Of a stretch of DNA of 64,000 nt, positions 59,868-64,000 are shown piece by piece; within the stretch, counting starts at the first letter, position 1, and the number at the start of each line of letters is the position of its first letter. This DNA comes from an uncultured candidate division Zixibacteria bacterium (GTDB lineage: Bacteria; Zixibacteria; MSB-5A5; UBA10806; 4484-95), in contig CAXXKA010000010.1 of the NCBI GenBank assembly GCA_963668625.2, positions 414,218 through 478,217 of the forward strand, written 5' to 3'. Made by a program: the position numbers and the translations under genes. The notes beneath the pieces were generated by a model that had not been told where the DNA came from, made no database searches, and worked only from the letters and a program-made list of their open reading frames with translations.

Positions 59868-62560
59868 ATTATCCGATATGGGATACCGGCTTGATCGGCG
59901 GCGGGAACCTGATCGCCTTGATCTCCGTCCTTCATGTTTATATCGCTCATTTGGCGGTAGGCGGCGGACTGTTTCTATGGCTGACCGATTGGAAAGGCTT
60001 CCGCGAAAACAATCCGCAAATTCACGAATATGTCAAAAGCCATACCTGGTTTTTCCTGCTCCTAACGATGGTGTTCGGCGGTATAAGCGGTGTCGGTATA
60101 TGGTTTATTATCGCGCTGGTCCAGCCCTCGGCAACCTCCAGCCTTATTCATACGTTCGTGTTCGGCTGGGCAATCGAATGGGTGTTTTTCCTGGGCGAGA
60201 TAGTCGCCCTTATCGTTTACAACTACAAGTTCAACCAGCTCGAGAGAGGCCCGCGCCTGACCGTGGCGTTTTTCTATTTCTTTTTCGCCTGGATGAGTTT
60301 GCTCGTTATTAACGGTATATTATCTTTTATGCTAACTCCCGGGAATTGGATAGCAACAGGAGGTTTCTGGACAGGATTTTTCAATCCGACTTTCTTGCCC
60401 TCGCTGGTGTTTCGCTCGTTCGCTGCGTTTATGATTGCCGGACTTTTCGGCTATATCACCTCGGTGTTTCTTGAGGATTCCGAGTTCCGTCACAGGATGA
60501 TATGCTATTGCTCGCGCTGGTTGATGATACCGGCCATTGGCATTGCCTTATCCGGTTGGTGGTATTACGCCTCATTACCCGAAAACATTCGCCGGGTGGC
60601 GTTTTTCATGAATAAAGACATTTCAGCGTATGTAAGCCTGTTTTTTTATTCCTCCATCGCGATTTTCATATTAGGCGTATTGATATCATTCAAAGTCGGT
60701 AAAAACCTTCAGAAAATAATCGCTTTCACCTTGATAATATTCGGCCTGGGTTGGATGGGCGGATTCGAATACATGCGCGAGATTGCTCGTAAACCCTACG
60801 TGATAGTAGATTACATGTACACCAACTCGATCCTCGAAGCACAAGCCAATCGAATCGATAAAGATGGTATACTGGCCACCGCCAAATGGTCGGCAATCAA
60901 AAAAGTCTCTCCGGAAAATAGGTCGGAGGCAGGTAAAGAGATATTCTATCTGGAATGCAGCTCTTGCCATACTATCGGCGGTATGAGAAATGATATCCTT
61001 CGGCTAACAGGGGATTTTCCATATATCGGCATGAAATCCCTTTTTGATGGTATCGGCAAAGTGCATTCATATATGCCGAGATTCATGGGCACGCCTGAAG
61101 AGTTGGATGCACTGGCTTATTTCATTACGCGTGATCTTCATGGTAAGGAAATAGTCGAATGGCCAAAAGTTCACAAGTTAGATGCCTCGCCATTCGAGAT
61201 GCCGAAATTCGATAAGAAAAAATCCGATTACGTGTTGTTAGTATGGAATGATCTGGGCATGCATTGCATATCAGATAGCGATCCGCGATTCGTGATACTG
61301 CCGCCGGCGAATACTCTCGAGGCTCAGCTTGTTAAGAGGGGAGAGCTGCCCGTAATGGTGACCGAGGGAGTGAGAATAACTTACGAGGCAGAGCCGGGAT
61401 TCGAGAATCCTTCAGAGCAAGTCGAATTCTGGAATTATGCCAAAACTATTTTCGGCGCCGATCTCGAGAAGAATATCGGGCTTAAAGGAGCAGGCCTGAA
61501 GGGTGAACTTCACTTTAACAGCGATGCCGGCGTGTATGGTATTCACGCCATACCCGTAGTACCGTACATGGATAATCAGAAATACAATCCGTATCCTCTG
61601 TTTACTATCAAAGCTATAGATGAGGCTACCGGCGAAGTTCTGGCCGAAACTAAGTCCGTAACCCCAACCTCTACTGAGATGGGCTGCAGGAACTGCCATG
61701 GTGGTCCCTGGCGCTGGAACGATGTCTCCGGACTTTCCGATGAGACGGCAGGCAATATATTGAAAATTCACGATCGCAATCATGGTACTACGCTTTATAA
61801 GGAGGCCTTGGACGGACAGCCGAAATTATGCCAGAGCTGTCATGCCGATCCCGCCGTGGGTGCAGCTGGTAAAGAGGAATTGCTTAACCTGTCGAGCGCC
61901 ATACACGGCTGGCATGCCAATTACATGCCATACGATGGCGACCGTCCCTGTGTTTTTTATGCCATCCCCGCCAATCTCGAGGGTTAAATACGCGTTTGCC
62001 TGAGGAGTATTCACTCTCAGCTCGGTTTACACCTGCGTTTACCTGCCACGGCAGCCTCGATGATCACGCTATCTCGCTCCTGAAAGGGCCAGGAAGGTAA
62101 AAGTCGGGGTCGATATGCTGTTTGGCGAAATCTCGAACCGTACTATGTCGATACTAAGGCCGAAATCAACGGCCGTATACCCTGGTTGAACGAGGCCGGA
62201 TTGTTTTGAAACTGCCATCAGGATTTTCCAAAAAACCGGTTTGCGGGAGTAAAACGCGTTTCAATACCTGGGACTGAGGGGCGGTGGCGAGCTATTCCGA
62301 AAATCGCGCCGATAACGCCGGTGTACGATGTGCCGCCTGTCATGGCTCGCCGCATTGCCATGTATCCCGCTAGAAAGCGACTATGGTGTTTAACCGCGAC
62401 AATATTTCAACCAATGCAATACAATGGCAATCCCTTCCCGATAGGCTCGAACGAAAAACTGTCCAGCTTTGCCATAAGATAAGCCCATGGAGGATCCGAT
62501 ACATCACGAGAAACATGCCTCAGGGTGTTTTCGAAACAAGCAAATTCGGGATGAAAATAG
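59864..62560 (+). CDS. CydA-like membrane domain fused to multiheme cytochrome c (OR-C-like); reading frame broken after ~61950 by apparent sequence errors
   Basis: Intact ORF 59864..61987 has HVYIAH, AIEWVFF and REIARKPY, plus CSSCH, CRNCH and CQSCH. Removing duplicated bases downstream restores CVLCH, CVTCH, CLNCH, CAACH and CQLCH. The end coordinate is approximate. Confidence 0.75.
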
Positions 62561-62584
62561 AATTTTTACTTACCGATAAAGGGG

Positions 62585-62616
62585 AAAAGCGGTCTCGGTC
62601 GAGGCGCTTTTTTTTT
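62585..62616 (+). terminator. Rho-independent terminator
   Basis: AAAAGCG.TCTCG...CGAGGCGC followed by a nine-T run. Confidence 0.7.
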
Positions 62617-62879
62617 ATGCGTATACGAGCGGCGTTTTCGAAAACAGCGGGTCTGTTGAAAAAAAAAACTCACTGAGCAGGAAGGAATCCTTTTCCTGCC
62701 GGATTTATTCATGAGACATTTTAGCACAGTAGGTAACAGCCCACTCGGGGCTTGACTTACCCCTAAAAATATTCATAGATAAAAAAAAACAACCGGATCG
62801 CAAACGCAAACCGACCCGGTCGTAAACTCATGCCACCATTTTATTCCGGCACGAGGGGGAGTGAATGTCGAAAAGTAGC

Positions 62880-63798
62880 TATCTCGAGCCTGTCCTTACT
62901 CGAGTGGAAACGCTTAAGACATTTGATATGATGATCACTCGTTATTTATCTTTTATTCTTGAAAATTAAAATTGTATCCTTGAGTGCTGTCCATCCGGTT
63001 TCCATGATTGTCCACGTCGGTTTTCCTTATAACCAAGCTCTTTTTAGCTGTTTTCCTTATATCATCGATGCTGTTTATTCTCCGGATCGATCTTGATATA
63101 CCCTCTTATCATCACCTAAGATTTTTGAGTTTTGGCTTTCCGTATCCGTGCTCATATCTAAGATAATGTTTTGGGATATCATGTTATTAAAAATTAGTGG
63201 AGTCGGTCATATTAATAAAAAATCTGCCTGCCGCCGTTATCGCCTGAGCTGACCATAACTATACCAATCGCTTTTTTTACATACCCCAGGGCTTTACCAG
63301 TTTTATCCTCAAGCTCCTTACGCACGTGCTCATCGGACAAATTTCTTCCGTGTCCGATTATATCCGAGGATTTTTTTTCTTAACTTGAGCATAAAAGGTT
63401 TACTGGGACACAGGGCCGTATTATCGGGGTAATCTTGACAGGACCCTTTATAGCCTGTCGTTAGCAGTAAAACCCAGGCTTAGCTCCTGCGAGGCCTCCT
63501 CCGTTGGGATATTGGTTTACCGCTATATTTATAGCCGTTTTTTCCGATAGGCCTCAGTTTCCACGTCCCGAATTATCGCAGCCCGCAGAGGTTTTACCAG
63601 ATCCATCAGTTTTATCCCGCGGAAAACATACCGGCAAGCTGAAACGTTTCTCGATCGCTACACTGTAAACCCTACGGTATCGAGATACGATTATCGGTAT
63701 CAAACAAACATTATTGCTACTATCGCGGCAATCGCGGTTTATGCCGAAAACTGAAATCTCGGGGTGTTGTTTAATCTCATTTTTTTTACTCTGGCCAT
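62880..63798 (-). other. Probable gene obscured by frameshifting errors; product not identifiable
   Basis: SD GGGGAG and ATG at 63798, followed by a hydrophobic stretch (AIAAIVAIMFV) in a shifted frame. No continuous ORF; the end is a guess. Confidence 0.3.
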
Positions 63799-64000
63799 TA
63801 TGGATATCTCCCCTGTTCTCGATTTTTTACGGATTCTTTCGATTACCCGGGCTTTTCACCTGTTTCGAAAATTCGGGGAATCAGTATAACTTTGACCGCT
63901 TACGGCCGTTAACATCGAATCGAGCATTCCTGCCAGTTTCGACTTCCCTGGAGCAGCTTAGACAGTTTTTTGATTATGCTCGATTATGCTCCGGAGTCAA

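Noticed and set aside
61950-62560. Programmed ribosomal frameshifting or phase variation
   Set aside because: Many scattered single-base duplications continue to the window end, a pattern that fits sequencing error.
62383-62676. 97-aa ORF as an independent gene
   Set aside because: It is a frame-shifted patchwork of the cytochrome C-terminus that runs through the terminator.

Overview
This is a bacterial window, probably FCB-related. The Por/FlgD-type C-terminal tails together with YEYLPGDAN dockerin-like domains suggest candidate division Zixibacteria (inference). 1-22.1 kb: three tandem modules share one layout, namely a TrmB-family regulator, then 1-3 secreted proteins with a T9SS/FlgD-like tail, then a secreted Cys-rich GACC-repeat protein with a near-identical dockerin cassette, then a terminator. 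A 3'-half tRNA(CAT) att-like scar lies between modules 2 and 3. 22-36.7 kb: thiamine-binding protein, a nested MITE/REP-like element, a secreted transglutaminase-like protein, SCO plus a degenerate CtaA, a PPDK_N-nucleotidyltransferase fusion next to glutamate dehydrogenase, and a six-FN3 secreted protein. 36.7-53.5 kb holds the best candidate for an undescribed system: two paralogous histidine kinases, a POTRA-less Omp85 barrel, a lipoprotein with intact protein-kinase-like motifs, a lipoprotein metallophosphoesterase, two NTT/Tlc nucleotide-carrier homologues (one HEAT-fused), a degenerate cNMP-binding protein and a single REC protein. This suggests an ATP-fed extracytoplasmic phosphorylation circuit. 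53.7-62.6 kb: respiratory genes (octaheme HAO-like plus NapC-like cytochrome; a cytochrome bd-superfamily pair with a multiheme c tail). Beyond about 61.95 kb the sequence is full of apparent insertion errors. All calls come from reading motifs by eye; no searches were run.
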